From: an uncultured Muribaculaceae bacterium
Lineage (GTDB): Bacteria > Bacteroidota > Bacteroidia > Bacteroidales > Muribaculaceae
Length of the DNA stretch: 64,000 nucleotides
Direction: 5' to 3'
Assembly (NCBI GenBank): GCA_944321905.1
Contig: CALUNI010000001.1
Coordinates: forward strand, 9,940-73,939
Of this stretch, positions 1 to 8,886 are shown one piece after another. How positions within the stretch are numbered: the stretch's first letter is position 1; every line of letters starts with the position of its first letter. The notes below the pieces were generated by a model. It ran no database searches and was not told the origin of the DNA. It saw only the letters and a program-made list of their open reading frames with translations. The translations under genes were made by a program, and so were the position numbers.

Positions 1-33
1 TCGGGAATCATAGACGATGAAACGGAACCGGCG

Positions 34-996
34 TCACCACTTTCTGGCTTGACGCTTCTTGACACTTTTCCCCTTTACATACGACAGAACCATGTCGTTG
101 GCGCGGTCTATCCTCTCGTTGCGGAACGGCTTCAAGTAATTCTCGGTAACGGCTATCGACGAATGCCCCATAGCCTCGGAAATTATGCCTTGGTGTATCT
201 CGCAATAATATGCCATAGTGGCCCACGTGTGGCGCGCTGCATACGTGCTCAACCGGCACTTGCCCGATATGTATCTCGACAGCTTGTCGAGCCTGTGGTT
301 TATGAGCCTCAACGCCCGCTGATACTCCTTATAGGCTTCAGCAGTGCCTTCGGGATAAGTGATATATGGCAACAAGTAGGGCGACGTGCGCGGCGTATCG
401 GCCGAGAGCCTCTTTATTATCGATAATGCCTCGCGGCACACTTTCACCGTAATGGGTCTGCCGGTCTTCCGCCTATGGTATGTTATCGCCCCGTTGGCAT
501 AATCGCTCTTGCGCAAGAACACAAGATCGACAAACGGTATGCCCCGCAACAAAAACATCAGTGAAAAGATGAGCCTTGCCCTTTGCAACTCCGGCTCAAG
601 AGGATAACAAAACGCGTTGGCCGGAGCAATCAACCGTCCCATGTCTCCCGCCGGAATCGACCGTTTCTTCTTGTTCTCGACCGAAATGTTGACATGGGCG
701 AAAAGCCGCGGGCAATAAGCGACCATGCCATTTTCGGCAGCCCTGTAATATGCAGCCCTAAGCACCTTCATATAAGTCGCAATAGTATTCCAACTGCAAC
801 GCCGCAGCCGCAAGCACAATTCAAAATCTTTAATCACCTGCTGCGACAGCTCCGAAAATTCCAAATCTACATTCTCCCTAAAAGCGACAAAAGCATTACA
901 CGCGCTTTGGTAGATATGCGCAGTTCCCCACTGACTGTTGAGCTTGTACTCGTCGATCAAAGTTCTAATCATCCTAAAAACTGTAATAGACCTCAT
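34..996 (-). CDS. tyrosine-type site-specific recombinase/integrase
   Basis: 320-aa ORF with an ATG at 996. The C-terminal catalytic region reads ARHTWATMAYY...AMGHSSIAVTENYL, matching box II (R-H-x-x-A-T, GH, catalytic Y) of tyrosine recombinases. An N-terminal SAM-like region is also present. Confidence 0.85.
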   Translation of the reverse strand: MRSITVFRMIRTLIDEYKLNSQWGTAHIYQSACNAFVAFRENVDLEFSELSQQVIKDFELCLRLRRCSWNTIATYMKVLRAAYYRAAENGMVAYCPRLFAHVNISVENKKKRSIPAGDMGRLIAPANAFCYPLEPELQRARLIFSLMFLLRGIPFVDLVFLRKSDYANGAITYHRRKTGRPITVKVCREALSIIKRLSADTPRTSPYLLPYITYPEGTAEAYKEYQRALRLINHRLDKLSRYISGKCRLSTYAARHTWATMAYYCEIHQGIISEAMGHSSIAVTENYLKPFRNERIDRANDMVLSYVKGKSVKKRQARKW

Positions 997-1148
997 AACT
1001 GAAACTTTATATATTATAAATCCTTAATGAAACGTTTCATCAGAGACTATTAGGTACGTATGTTTCTCAACACACAAAAACAAGAAACCCTTATTTGAAT
1101 CTATCACCCGTTTGCTTCAAGTGTATCCCCGGGATGCATCAAGAAAAT

Positions 1149-1613
1149 CTAATCATGATTCGGTATCAATGCACGCTTAAAATACAGCATATCCCTCAAT
1201 TGCTTCCCTTCCTCTATAATAGGATGGTCATAATTGTCAACAAAGAAGTTGGCTACCCTGTGCGAATATACAAAACCACAACTTGCATAAAACGCAGTCG
1301 TAGCCACACTGTCGCCGGTGCCGACAATCAAGGTCTTATAGGTGTTTCCGTAGCGGCTGCACACATATTCTACCATCGACCGGCCATATCCTCTCCGCTG
1401 AAAATGCGCAGCCACAGCCAGATTTTTAAGTTCTGCCACGCCATCTCCTTCATCGGTCACTACGGCCACTGCCACAAGCTCGCCCGTATCATGCCACATC
1501 GCAAACAACTCGCCCTTGCCAAGGTATCGAAGCACCATCGACTCTTGCTCGTCGCCAAGCAATAATAACGGCATGAAGCGACCTTTGTCGCATGTTACTT
1601 TTTCTATCTTCAT
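1149..1613 (-). CDS. GNAT family N-acetyltransferase
   Basis: 154 aa with an acetyl-CoA-site-like motif (HFQRRGYGRSMVEYV). Its ATG overlaps the stop of the upstream mscS-like gene by 4 nt. Confidence 0.8.
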   Translation of the reverse strand: MKIEKVTCDKGRFMPLLLLGDEQESMVLRYLGKGELFAMWHDTGELVAVAVVTDEGDGVAELKNLAVAAHFQRRGYGRSMVEYVCSRYGNTYKTLIVGTGDSVATTAFYASCGFVYSHRVANFFVDNYDHPIIEEGKQLRDMLYFKRALIPNHD

Positions 1614-2797
1614 TTGAAGCTCACATCTCCGGCCGAGATGCGTTGAAACACTCTTAAGCCGAAACGGGGCGTAATGGCCAACACATGGTCAAAGATATCG
1701 GCTTGGATGCGCTCATACTCCGGCCACACGGTAGTATTGGTAAAACAATATATTTCTATCGGCAGTCCTTCGGGTGTGGGCTGCAGCTGCCTGACCATAA
1801 TCATCTGGTTCTTGTCAAGCTCGGGATAGGAGGCAAGGAAATTCTTCAGATAATAACGGTAAACCTTAAGGTTCTCGACCGGCTTGCCTGCCTCGGCCAG
1901 TGAGCTGTCAGCCAACCCCTCGTCTGCGAGGGCAACAAGCTCTTCTGCCGTGCAGAAACGTATCGTACTCGTGTCGATATAGACCGACCGCATTATGCGC
2001 CGCGCCCCTACATCCCACATTCCGCGCCAATTCTGGAACGAGTCGCTCACAAAGGCATATGGCGGAATAGTGGTGACGGTCTTGTCGAAATTACGCACTT
2101 TCACAATGGTAAGCGACACCTCCTCGACATATCCGTTAGCTCCATACTTGCTCATGGTAATCCAGTCGCCCGGACGCAACATGTCATTTGCCGACAGCTG
2201 CACCCCCGCCACGAGGCCGAGTATGCTGTCCTTGAAAATAAGCATCAGCACGGCGGCCGAAGCACCCAACCCCGCTATTATCGACGTGAGGTCGCTATCC
2301 ATCAATATGGCTATGGCTATGATGATGCCCACGCACACCGATATGAGCTTAATCATCTGATACACCCCTTTCAGCGGGCGGTTGCGCAGATGCTCGTGTT
2401 CGTTCGACATCACATATAGCGTGTTGAGAAATGTATTTATGAGAAGCACCGACACTATCACCAGATACACCTCGCACGCTTTGGTAAGGAATGCAAGCAA
2501 TTGAGGCATGTCGGGAAACGCCAACGGCAGCATTATGTACACCAGTATAGGGTCGATTACCCTGCAAAAGCCACGCAACATTTGTTTGCTGAACAGGTAG
2601 TCGTCCCAAGTTGCCTTAGTCGAGGCCGTGATGCTATGAACCATGGGCATTATCACCCGTGTAAACAACAGGTTGACGATGAAGATAAGAAGCAACATTA
2701 TCAGTATCACCGCAATGCGAGCGGCCCAAGTCATGTCGTTCTCCACAAGCCCCATGCCCACAAGCAGTTTCATCACATCTTCGTTTAAGTGTTCCAT
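1610..2797 (-). CDS. mechanosensitive ion channel family protein (MscS-like)
   Basis: 395 aa. Hydrophobic N-terminal helices are followed by the MscS beta-domain signature LRPGDWITM...GYVEEVSLTIVKVRNFDKTVTTIPPYAF. Confidence 0.85.
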   Translation of the reverse strand: MEHLNEDVMKLLVGMGLVENDMTWAARIAVILIMLLLIFIVNLLFTRVIMPMVHSITASTKATWDDYLFSKQMLRGFCRVIDPILVYIMLPLAFPDMPQLLAFLTKACEVYLVIVSVLLINTFLNTLYVMSNEHEHLRNRPLKGVYQMIKLISVCVGIIIAIAILMDSDLTSIIAGLGASAAVLMLIFKDSILGLVAGVQLSANDMLRPGDWITMSKYGANGYVEEVSLTIVKVRNFDKTVTTIPPYAFVSDSFQNWRGMWDVGARRIMRSVYIDTSTIRFCTAEELVALADEGLADSSLAEAGKPVENLKVYRYYLKNFLASYPELDKNQMIMVRQLQPTPEGLPIEIYCFTNTTVWPEYERIQADIFDHVLAITPRFGLRVFQRISAGDVSFK

Positions 2798-2808
2798 GAT
2801 AAATCACA

Positions 2809-5133
2809 TTATTTTTCAGATTTCGACGCAAAAGCAGAGAACCGTCCAAGGTATTTACGGCACATAGCCAACAAGTCGTTGCGGTTGACCGGCTTGACGA
2901 GATAATCGACAGCACCCACCGCCATAGCATCGTTAATCTCCGATTTAGACCCCGAAGGCAAAACCGCCACGATAGGCAGCATCGCCGAAAATTCATGTAT
3001 GCTCTCTATTGCCTTCAACCCGTTGTCCGACGACAGGTTGACACCGGCAAGCACCATACCCACGCTCCGGTTCTTGCACACCGACAATGCCTCGCTTGCC
3101 GTGCGCACATGCACGAGCGACAAATTCGCTCCAAGTCTTTCCAACAAGACCTTCAAATAAAGGAACGACGTGCTTTCGGCTTCCACTATCAATACCGTCG
3201 GATAATCGGGGCTTGCAATAACGGCACCCGACTTGGATGCCAGGTCGTCAACCTTCAATGGCACACGCAGCGTAAACGTGGAACCAACACCTTGAACCGA
3301 CTTAAAAGTGAGCGTGCCTTGCAACAACTGCGCATTGCGCTGCGCGATGGTCAGGCCGAGTCCCATCTTTTCGTGCAGGTTCATTATATCGGCTTGCCTG
3401 CCACTGTCAAATATCTGAGACAAAAGCATCTGACGGCGTTGCGGTATGCCGATGCCTGTATCATTTACCGATATCAGCATGCTCTGGCGGTCGTCGGAAA
3501 TACGATATCCAAACGTAATTTTGCCTTGAGCCGTATATTTCAGAGAATTATCGAGCAGGTGATAGACAATCTTTGAGATACGCTCTCGGTCGCTGACGAT
3601 GTGACTGTCCTCGTCTTTCAACGGAAGAACCAGATTAATCGTCACTGCGCGTCCTCCGGCTATTATCTTAAAGTCATTATAAATATCACGCAACAGGTCA
3701 TTGACACAAACGTCGGTGATATTTAACCTCGCCCCCGAAGAATAAGACCTTGAAAAATCGGCAATGTCGTCAATGGCTTGTTTCATTTTCAAGGCAGAGT
3801 GGCTTATTATCTTGCCATATCCGGCAATTTCCTCGCGTTTCAGCCCTGGCGACAACAGCACCTCGGTAAAATCATCGATTGTGTTGAGCGGCGCCTTAAG
3901 TTCCCGTGCAAGATTCTCGATAAAGGCACCACGGTATGCGTTAAGCCGGTCGGTTTCCTCCTTCGAGCGCACAAGCTCCTCGTTGAGTGCGCTCACGGTA
4001 TTGTTGGTTATCTTCAGATACCGTCTGAGCCGCCTTGTCCTGATGTACGAGATGACGATAAACACGGCGACAATCAGCAGAGCCACAATGCCAGCCAACG
4101 TATATGGCCAGAAATTGCTCTCGGTCGAGAATATGCTCGGAGGCTCGTTCTTAACATAGCTGTCATCGGGCAACATTGATTTATCTATATCAAACCGCAC
4201 AAGCTCGCTATAGTCAAACATATAATGCCGCTTGCAATCATTGTTTATGGGAATCGACGCTATACCCTCTCCCGAAAACAGTCTGACGACCATTCTTCCG
4301 GCAATCTGTCCCTGTTCATACTGCGACACCATCTGCCCCCCGAATACTCCATGCCCCAGTCCGTGAGGCCACAAATGAAACAACGGGGAGTGCAGGTTGG
4401 AGACAATCAAGTTCAAGCTGTCATAAAACCGCTTTGACGTTCCCGTGCTGTCGGTACTCGCCGACAATAACAGCACCGGGACATCGGCAGGAATTATGCG
4501 CAGTGTGTCGGCAAGTTGGGCATAAGTCATGCGGCTCAAGTCTATTATCTCATAATCGCTCCAAGCAAGCGTTGCGGCCGATGCAAAGGCATCGGAATCG
4601 GCCTGGCCGGTGAGCGTGCCGTCGGATATGGCAATGGCTCGCGGAGAATCGGGAAACAGTTTTTTCATCAGCCGTATCGTCTCTGCCAACCCAAGCGACT
4701 CGACAACGCCTGTCATTCGCGGATTTTCCTCCTGCTTGAGTGCCAGACGCTCGTTGTTAACGCCAAGGAACACTATGGGCATACCGGCAAACAGGCTGTC
4801 TTGTTGTGCAAGGGCGAGCGTGAAGGCATAATCGTCGGCCACGACCACCGCGTCATACCGTGGCAACCGTGCCATTTTATAAGCCAAACGACGCTCAAAC
4901 GACGCAATGTTTTCTTTGGTGGGCAATCTTTTGCAGTCCATTTCTTCCACGTCGATGCTTACCGAGTCTTTGTCAAGGACCGAATAAAGGCCCTCGACTT
5001 GAAAGCGAACCGTCGGGAATGAAATATCGTATGATGTCACAAACAACACATTGCGCTGCTTGAATGCACCGGCCTGGTGCATGCAGAAAATCACGAGCAG
5101 CAATGTGACCATTATGCGTTTAAATCCTGCCAT
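2809..5133 (-). CDS. hybrid sensor histidine kinase/response regulator-like protein with periplasmic ABC-substrate-binding-type sensor domain; phospho-sites appear degenerate
   Basis: I trimmed the start from the track's TTG (5154) to the ATG at 5133 (MAGFKRIMVTLLLVIFC..., a signal peptide). Domain order is a PBP-like periplasmic domain, a TM helix (IVALLIVAVFIVISYI), a HisKA-like helix (FIENLARELKAPLNTI), an HATPase domain with an N box (LLDNSLKYT), G1 (DTGIGI) and G2 (GLGLTI), and a C-terminal receiver-like domain (VLIVEAEST...DYLVKP). Confidence 0.8.
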   Translation of the reverse strand: MAGFKRIMVTLLLVIFCMHQAGAFKQRNVLFVTSYDISFPTVRFQVEGLYSVLDKDSVSIDVEEMDCKRLPTKENIASFERRLAYKMARLPRYDAVVVADDYAFTLALAQQDSLFAGMPIVFLGVNNERLALKQEENPRMTGVVESLGLAETIRLMKKLFPDSPRAIAISDGTLTGQADSDAFASAATLAWSDYEIIDLSRMTYAQLADTLRIIPADVPVLLLSASTDSTGTSKRFYDSLNLIVSNLHSPLFHLWPHGLGHGVFGGQMVSQYEQGQIAGRMVVRLFSGEGIASIPINNDCKRHYMFDYSELVRFDIDKSMLPDDSYVKNEPPSIFSTESNFWPYTLAGIVALLIVAVFIVISYIRTRRLRRYLKITNNTVSALNEELVRSKEETDRLNAYRGAFIENLARELKAPLNTIDDFTEVLLSPGLKREEIAGYGKIISHSALKMKQAIDDIADFSRSYSSGARLNITDVCVNDLLRDIYNDFKIIAGGRAVTINLVLPLKDEDSHIVSDRERISKIVYHLLDNSLKYTAQGKITFGYRISDDRQSMLISVNDTGIGIPQRRQMLLSQIFDSGRQADIMNLHEKMGLGLTIAQRNAQLLQGTLTFKSVQGVGSTFTLRVPLKVDDLASKSGAVIASPDYPTVLIVEAESTSFLYLKVLLERLGANLSLVHVRTASEALSVCKNRSVGMVLAGVNLSSDNGLKAIESIHEFSAMLPIVAVLPSGSKSEINDAMAVGAVDYLVKPVNRNDLLAMCRKYLGRFSAFASKSEK

Positions 5134-5200
5134 CAATATACTCTTTTTTTGCAATTATACAGTTGTTATAAGCCTCATACTTGTAAAACACACGCAGTTT

Positions 5201-6238
5201 CTATAAAGTCACCTCTCCGCAAAGCGAATAACACAAATACTTCTTCACATTCTCGGGAGGCAGACCCATGCCGAAGAGGTACATCATCTTGGTAATCGCG
5301 GCCTCGCTTGTAATATCGTGTCCGCTCACCACCCCTGCCCGCCACAGGCGGTTGCCCGTGTCGTAAAGTTTTGTATGCACCCCGCCATTGACACACTGCG
5401 TAACGTTCAATATGACAATGCCCCTCTCCACAGCCTCGTGTATGGCGTTGATAAACCAAGCATCGCCGGGACCGTTGCCCGCGCCAAATGTCTTAAGCAC
5501 TATGCCCTTTATCTCGGGCGTGTTGAGCAGGTGGCGCAAAGTGCTTTCTTTCATCCCGGGGTTAAGGTCGATAAACATCACATTGGGATCCATGTTATAA
5601 CGCACCTTCAACGGCCTGCGGGACGGCACCCGGTACAAGGCATCCTCATTGAAGTGTATTCCCAACCCAATCTTGGCAAGTGCCGGATAATTGTTGCTCT
5701 TGAAAGCGTTAAAATTGTCGGCACTCATCTTTGTGCTGCGATTGCCTCGCCACAAGTAATTTTCAAACAATATGGCCACTTCCCTCACCATCGATTCCCC
5801 GTCCTTGTCGCGCGACGCGGCCACCTGCAAGGCTGTAATCAAATTCTCCTCGCCGTCGGTGCGCACCTCGCCTATCGGCAACTGCGAACCCGTTATAATC
5901 ACAGGCTTGTGAAGGTTTTCGAGCATAAAGCTCAACGCCGAAGCCGTAAACGCCATTGTGTCGGTACCATGAAGCACTACAAAGCCGTCAACCGAGTCAT
6001 AGTTGTCCTCGATGGCCGAAGCTATGTCGCTCCAGTGCTTGGGCGACATGTTGGCACTGTCTATCGGCGGAGTGAATTGTATGTTTGCAATGTCATAATC
6101 GAGCTTCTTGACCTTAGGCACGTTGTCAATCAAGTGCGTAAAGTCAAAAGGCTGCAACGAGTGCGTAACAGGGTTCTCAATCATACCGATTGTGCCACCG
6201 GTGTATATAATCAATATTTTAGGCCTTCTCTTTTCCAT
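5201..6238 (-). CDS. ansA: type I L-asparaginase
   Basis: I chose the internal ATG at 6238 (MEKRRPKILIIYTGGTIGM). It carries the asparaginase N-terminal TGGTIG motif and HGTDTM. The 28-aa extension in the track looks non-native. Confidence 0.85.
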   Translation of the reverse strand: MEKRRPKILIIYTGGTIGMIENPVTHSLQPFDFTHLIDNVPKVKKLDYDIANIQFTPPIDSANMSPKHWSDIASAIEDNYDSVDGFVVLHGTDTMAFTASALSFMLENLHKPVIITGSQLPIGEVRTDGEENLITALQVAASRDKDGESMVREVAILFENYLWRGNRSTKMSADNFNAFKSNNYPALAKIGLGIHFNEDALYRVPSRRPLKVRYNMDPNVMFIDLNPGMKESTLRHLLNTPEIKGIVLKTFGAGNGPGDAWFINAIHEAVERGIVILNVTQCVNGGVHTKLYDTGNRLWRAGVVSGHDITSEAAITKMMYLFGMGLPPENVKKYLCYSLCGEVTL

Positions 6239-6300
6239 AACACGTTTGCAAGCGGAGCATTGACTGCCGAGACACAGAATATGCCCATTCTTTAATAATG

Positions 6301-6308
6301 CAAAAATA
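6301..6308 (-). promoter_or_regulatory. candidate -7 promoter box (TATTTTTG) for ansA
   Basis: It matches TAnnTTTG on the minus strand, 63 nt upstream of the ATG at 6238. Confidence 0.35.
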
Positions 6309-6709
6309 CACATATTTGCCATTAATCAACCAAAATGCCCTATAATATTACACTTCCCTCACATACGTCATGCACCAAATCCGACAAAAGATTTAACCCT
6401 CCTACCGCGTACTGCACATGGAAACTATTTGCTAATGTGTGGCCAATGGCCTATATTTGTAGCACATAACAACACGAGTAAACGCATGAGGCACTTTCTC
6501 ATTTACTTGGCACTACTGGCTCCATACACTGTGATGCCATACGGTCAAAACCTTAAATTAGGCAATGACGGGGAATTTAAATAACTTAAGGCCGTGCCAA
6601 TTTTAAATTTCCTCGTTCAAAATAGCTTGACAAAACATAAAATATGAAAAATTGCAACATTCCGCCCATTCTATACGATTAAAATTAGGCAGGAATTACA
6701 TATTTTTCC

Positions 6710-6717
6710 TATTTTTG
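6710..6717 (+). promoter_or_regulatory. candidate -7 promoter box (TATTTTTG) for the acyltransferase/sigma-54 activator unit
   Basis: It matches TAnnTTTG, 34 nt upstream of the ATG at 6751. Confidence 0.35.
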
Positions 6718-6750
6718 CAAGTTAACATAGTAATAAAGGGAAACATACAT

Positions 6751-7593
6751 ATGGACAAAACACCGACAGCGGTAAAACCAACGGTTCTTGACTATGACGA
6801 AATATGCCGGATGGCACCGTTCTTCAAAGGCAAACGCAAGACGGTTGACCGGCTCTTCCACTTCTTATCCATCGACAAGGTTAACGACATCCACAGCCGA
6901 AACTGCGATGTGCAAGGGGTGGAATTCACCCAGAGGCTGCTCGACGAGCTTGAAATAAAACTACGCATCGATAACGAGCAGATGCTCGACAATCTGCCCA
7001 AAGGGGCATTCATAACCGTGTCAAACCATGCCTACGGAGCTCTCGACGGCATCATACTGATAAACATGATAGCAAGCCGCCGCCCCGAATTCAAGGTAAT
7101 GGTAAACATGATACTCAACCACATAGGCGCCATGCGGCCAAATTTCATAGCCGTTGACGCATTGGCATCGACCGATCCGGCCAAGCAAGCGGTATCCAAA
7201 CACGGCATCCGCGAAGCATTGATGCAAGTGAAACGCGGCGAACCGCTGGGATTCTTCCCTGCCGGAGCCGTATCTAAACTCAACCGCCACATGTGGCTCG
7301 AAGACCGCAAATGGCAACCGTCGGTAATACGCATAATACAAATGCTTAAAGTCCCTGTGATTCCTATCTATTTTCATGGGGGCAACAGCGCATGGTTCAA
7401 CTTCCTTGGACTCATAAGCTGGCAGCTGCGCACATTGCGCCTGCCTGCCGAAGTGTTCAACAAGAAAGGAGCAACATTCCACATCTCGATAGGCGACATG
7501 ATTATGCCGGAGACGCTGGCACGGTATGACGATATCGACCAATTGGGCAATTTCCTAAAACAAGAAACTTATTCATTAAGGAGGAACAAATGA
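6751..7593 (+). CDS. lysophospholipid (PlsC-family) acyltransferase
   Basis: I chose the ATG at 6751 (MDKTPTAV...). It has an HX4D acyltransferase motif (SNHAYGALDG) and a later FFPAGAVS block. Its stop overlaps the next gene's ATG (ATGA at 7590-7593). Confidence 0.7.
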   Translation: MDKTPTAVKPTVLDYDEICRMAPFFKGKRKTVDRLFHFLSIDKVNDIHSRNCDVQGVEFTQRLLDELEIKLRIDNEQMLDNLPKGAFITVSNHAYGALDGIILINMIASRRPEFKVMVNMILNHIGAMRPNFIAVDALASTDPAKQAVSKHGIREALMQVKRGEPLGFFPAGAVSKLNRHMWLEDRKWQPSVIRIIQMLKVPVIPIYFHGGNSAWFNFLGLISWQLRTLRLPAEVFNKKGATFHISIGDMIMPETLARYDDIDQLGNFLKQETYSLRRNK

Positions 7594-8870
7594 ATAACGA
7601 CACCACCAACATTCCACCCGAGATATTGCGTGTAAAACAACGCTACTCCATCATTGGCAACGCGCCATCGCTGATTGGTGCAATACGCCGTGCCATGCAG
7701 GTCGCTCCCATCGACCTGTCGGTGCTGATAATCGGCGAAAGCGGCAGCGGAAAAGAATTTTTCCCAAACATCATACACGACTTCAGCTCGCGCAAGCACA
7801 ATAAATACATTGCGGTAAACTGCGGCGCCATACCCGAGGGAACAATCGATTCCGAGCTTTTCGGGCATGAAAAAGGAGCCTTCACCGGTGCCATATCTTC
7901 ACGCAAAGGTTATTTTGAAGAAGCCGACGGTGGAACGATTTTCCTTGACGAGGTGGCAGAATTGCCGCTGACCACACAAGCCCGCCTGCTACGCGTGCTC
8001 GAATCGGGAGAATACATCAAGGTGGGGTCGTCTGAAGTGCAGAAAACCAACATCCGGGTGGTGGCTGCGACTAACAAGAACATGCTGCAAGCCGTGAGCG
8101 AAGGCAAGTTCAGAGAAGACTTGTATTACCGCCTATCGACCGTGCAAATCAACATACCGCCGTTGCGCGAGCGTGGCAAAGACGTGCTGATGCTGGTAAG
8201 GAAATTCTCAAACGACTTTGCCGAAAAATACGGCACACCGTCGGTACAGTTCGACGACTCGGCACGCGAGGCAATAATGACCTACCGCTGGCCTGGCAAC
8301 GTGCGCCAATTGAAAAATGTCATAGAACAAGTTTCCCTCTTCGAGGCCGGCAACACCGTAGATGCCGACCGCATCAAGAGGTACTTGCCACAATACAGCA
8401 CCGAGTACAAGCCGACAGTGGCCTCGGCTCCGACATTCAATTACACGCAGGAGCGTGAAATGCTGTTCAAGCTCATTTTCAAGATGCAGCATGAAATCGA
8501 GGAGCTGCACAGCCGCATCGACTCTATCTCAAAAGGAGACGCAACGCAGTCACACAGACAAGACAACCGGCACTCGTCGCATTCGCTTGTGAGATATTCC
8601 GGCACAGGGAGTTATAAACCCGCATCTGCGATAAAAGATATCGTCAACATCGAAGACGGCGTGGCCGATGACCTTGCCGACGAGGTGACAAACGAGACCA
8701 ACGACGACATTGCCGACAATGGCGAAGCCCGTACACTTGAAGATACCGAGCGCGAGACCATAAAAAAGTCGCTCGAACGCAACTGCGGCCGTCGCAAAAA
8801 GACTGCCGAAGAATTGCACATATCTGAGCGCACGCTATACCGCAAAATCAAAGAATACGGGCTCGAATAA
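7590..8870 (+). CDS. sigma-54-dependent transcriptional activator (bacterial enhancer-binding protein, no N-terminal sensory domain)
   Basis: It has Walker A (GESGSGKE), the sigma-54 contact loop (ELFGHEKGAFTGA), Walker B (IFLDEV), WPGNVRQL and a C-terminal Fis-type HTH (AEELHISERTLYRKIKEYG). The AAA+ core starts within about 20 residues of the N-terminus. Confidence 0.9.
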   Translation: MNNDTTNIPPEILRVKQRYSIIGNAPSLIGAIRRAMQVAPIDLSVLIIGESGSGKEFFPNIIHDFSSRKHNKYIAVNCGAIPEGTIDSELFGHEKGAFTGAISSRKGYFEEADGGTIFLDEVAELPLTTQARLLRVLESGEYIKVGSSEVQKTNIRVVAATNKNMLQAVSEGKFREDLYYRLSTVQINIPPLRERGKDVLMLVRKFSNDFAEKYGTPSVQFDDSAREAIMTYRWPGNVRQLKNVIEQVSLFEAGNTVDADRIKRYLPQYSTEYKPTVASAPTFNYTQEREMLFKLIFKMQHEIEELHSRIDSISKGDATQSHRQDNRHSSHSLVRYSGTGSYKPASAIKDIVNIEDGVADDLADEVTNETNDDIADNGEARTLEDTERETIKKSLERNCGRRKKTAEELHISERTLYRKIKEYGLE

Positions 8871-8886
8871 CACAAAAACGACATCA

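Noticed and set aside
17-1034. The octamer ATGAAACG occurs on both sides of the integrase gene (17..24 and 1027..1034) and could be recombination-site cores.
   Set aside because: Eight nucleotides is too short to be significant. The word is also a common Met-Lys-Arg gene start (for example at 63441). No extended flanking similarity is visible.
6508-6522. A TGGCAC motif lies in the ansA/acyltransferase intergenic region and could be a -24 element.
   Set aside because: The downstream GC is two nucleotides too close and no TTGC follows. It does not fit the -24/-12 consensus.
6486-6584. A 32-codon ORF with a hydrophobic N-terminus lies in the long intergenic region.
   Set aside because: There is no supporting evidence from conservation, coupling or a recognisable peptide family. 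I kept it only as a note inside the intergenic-region finding.
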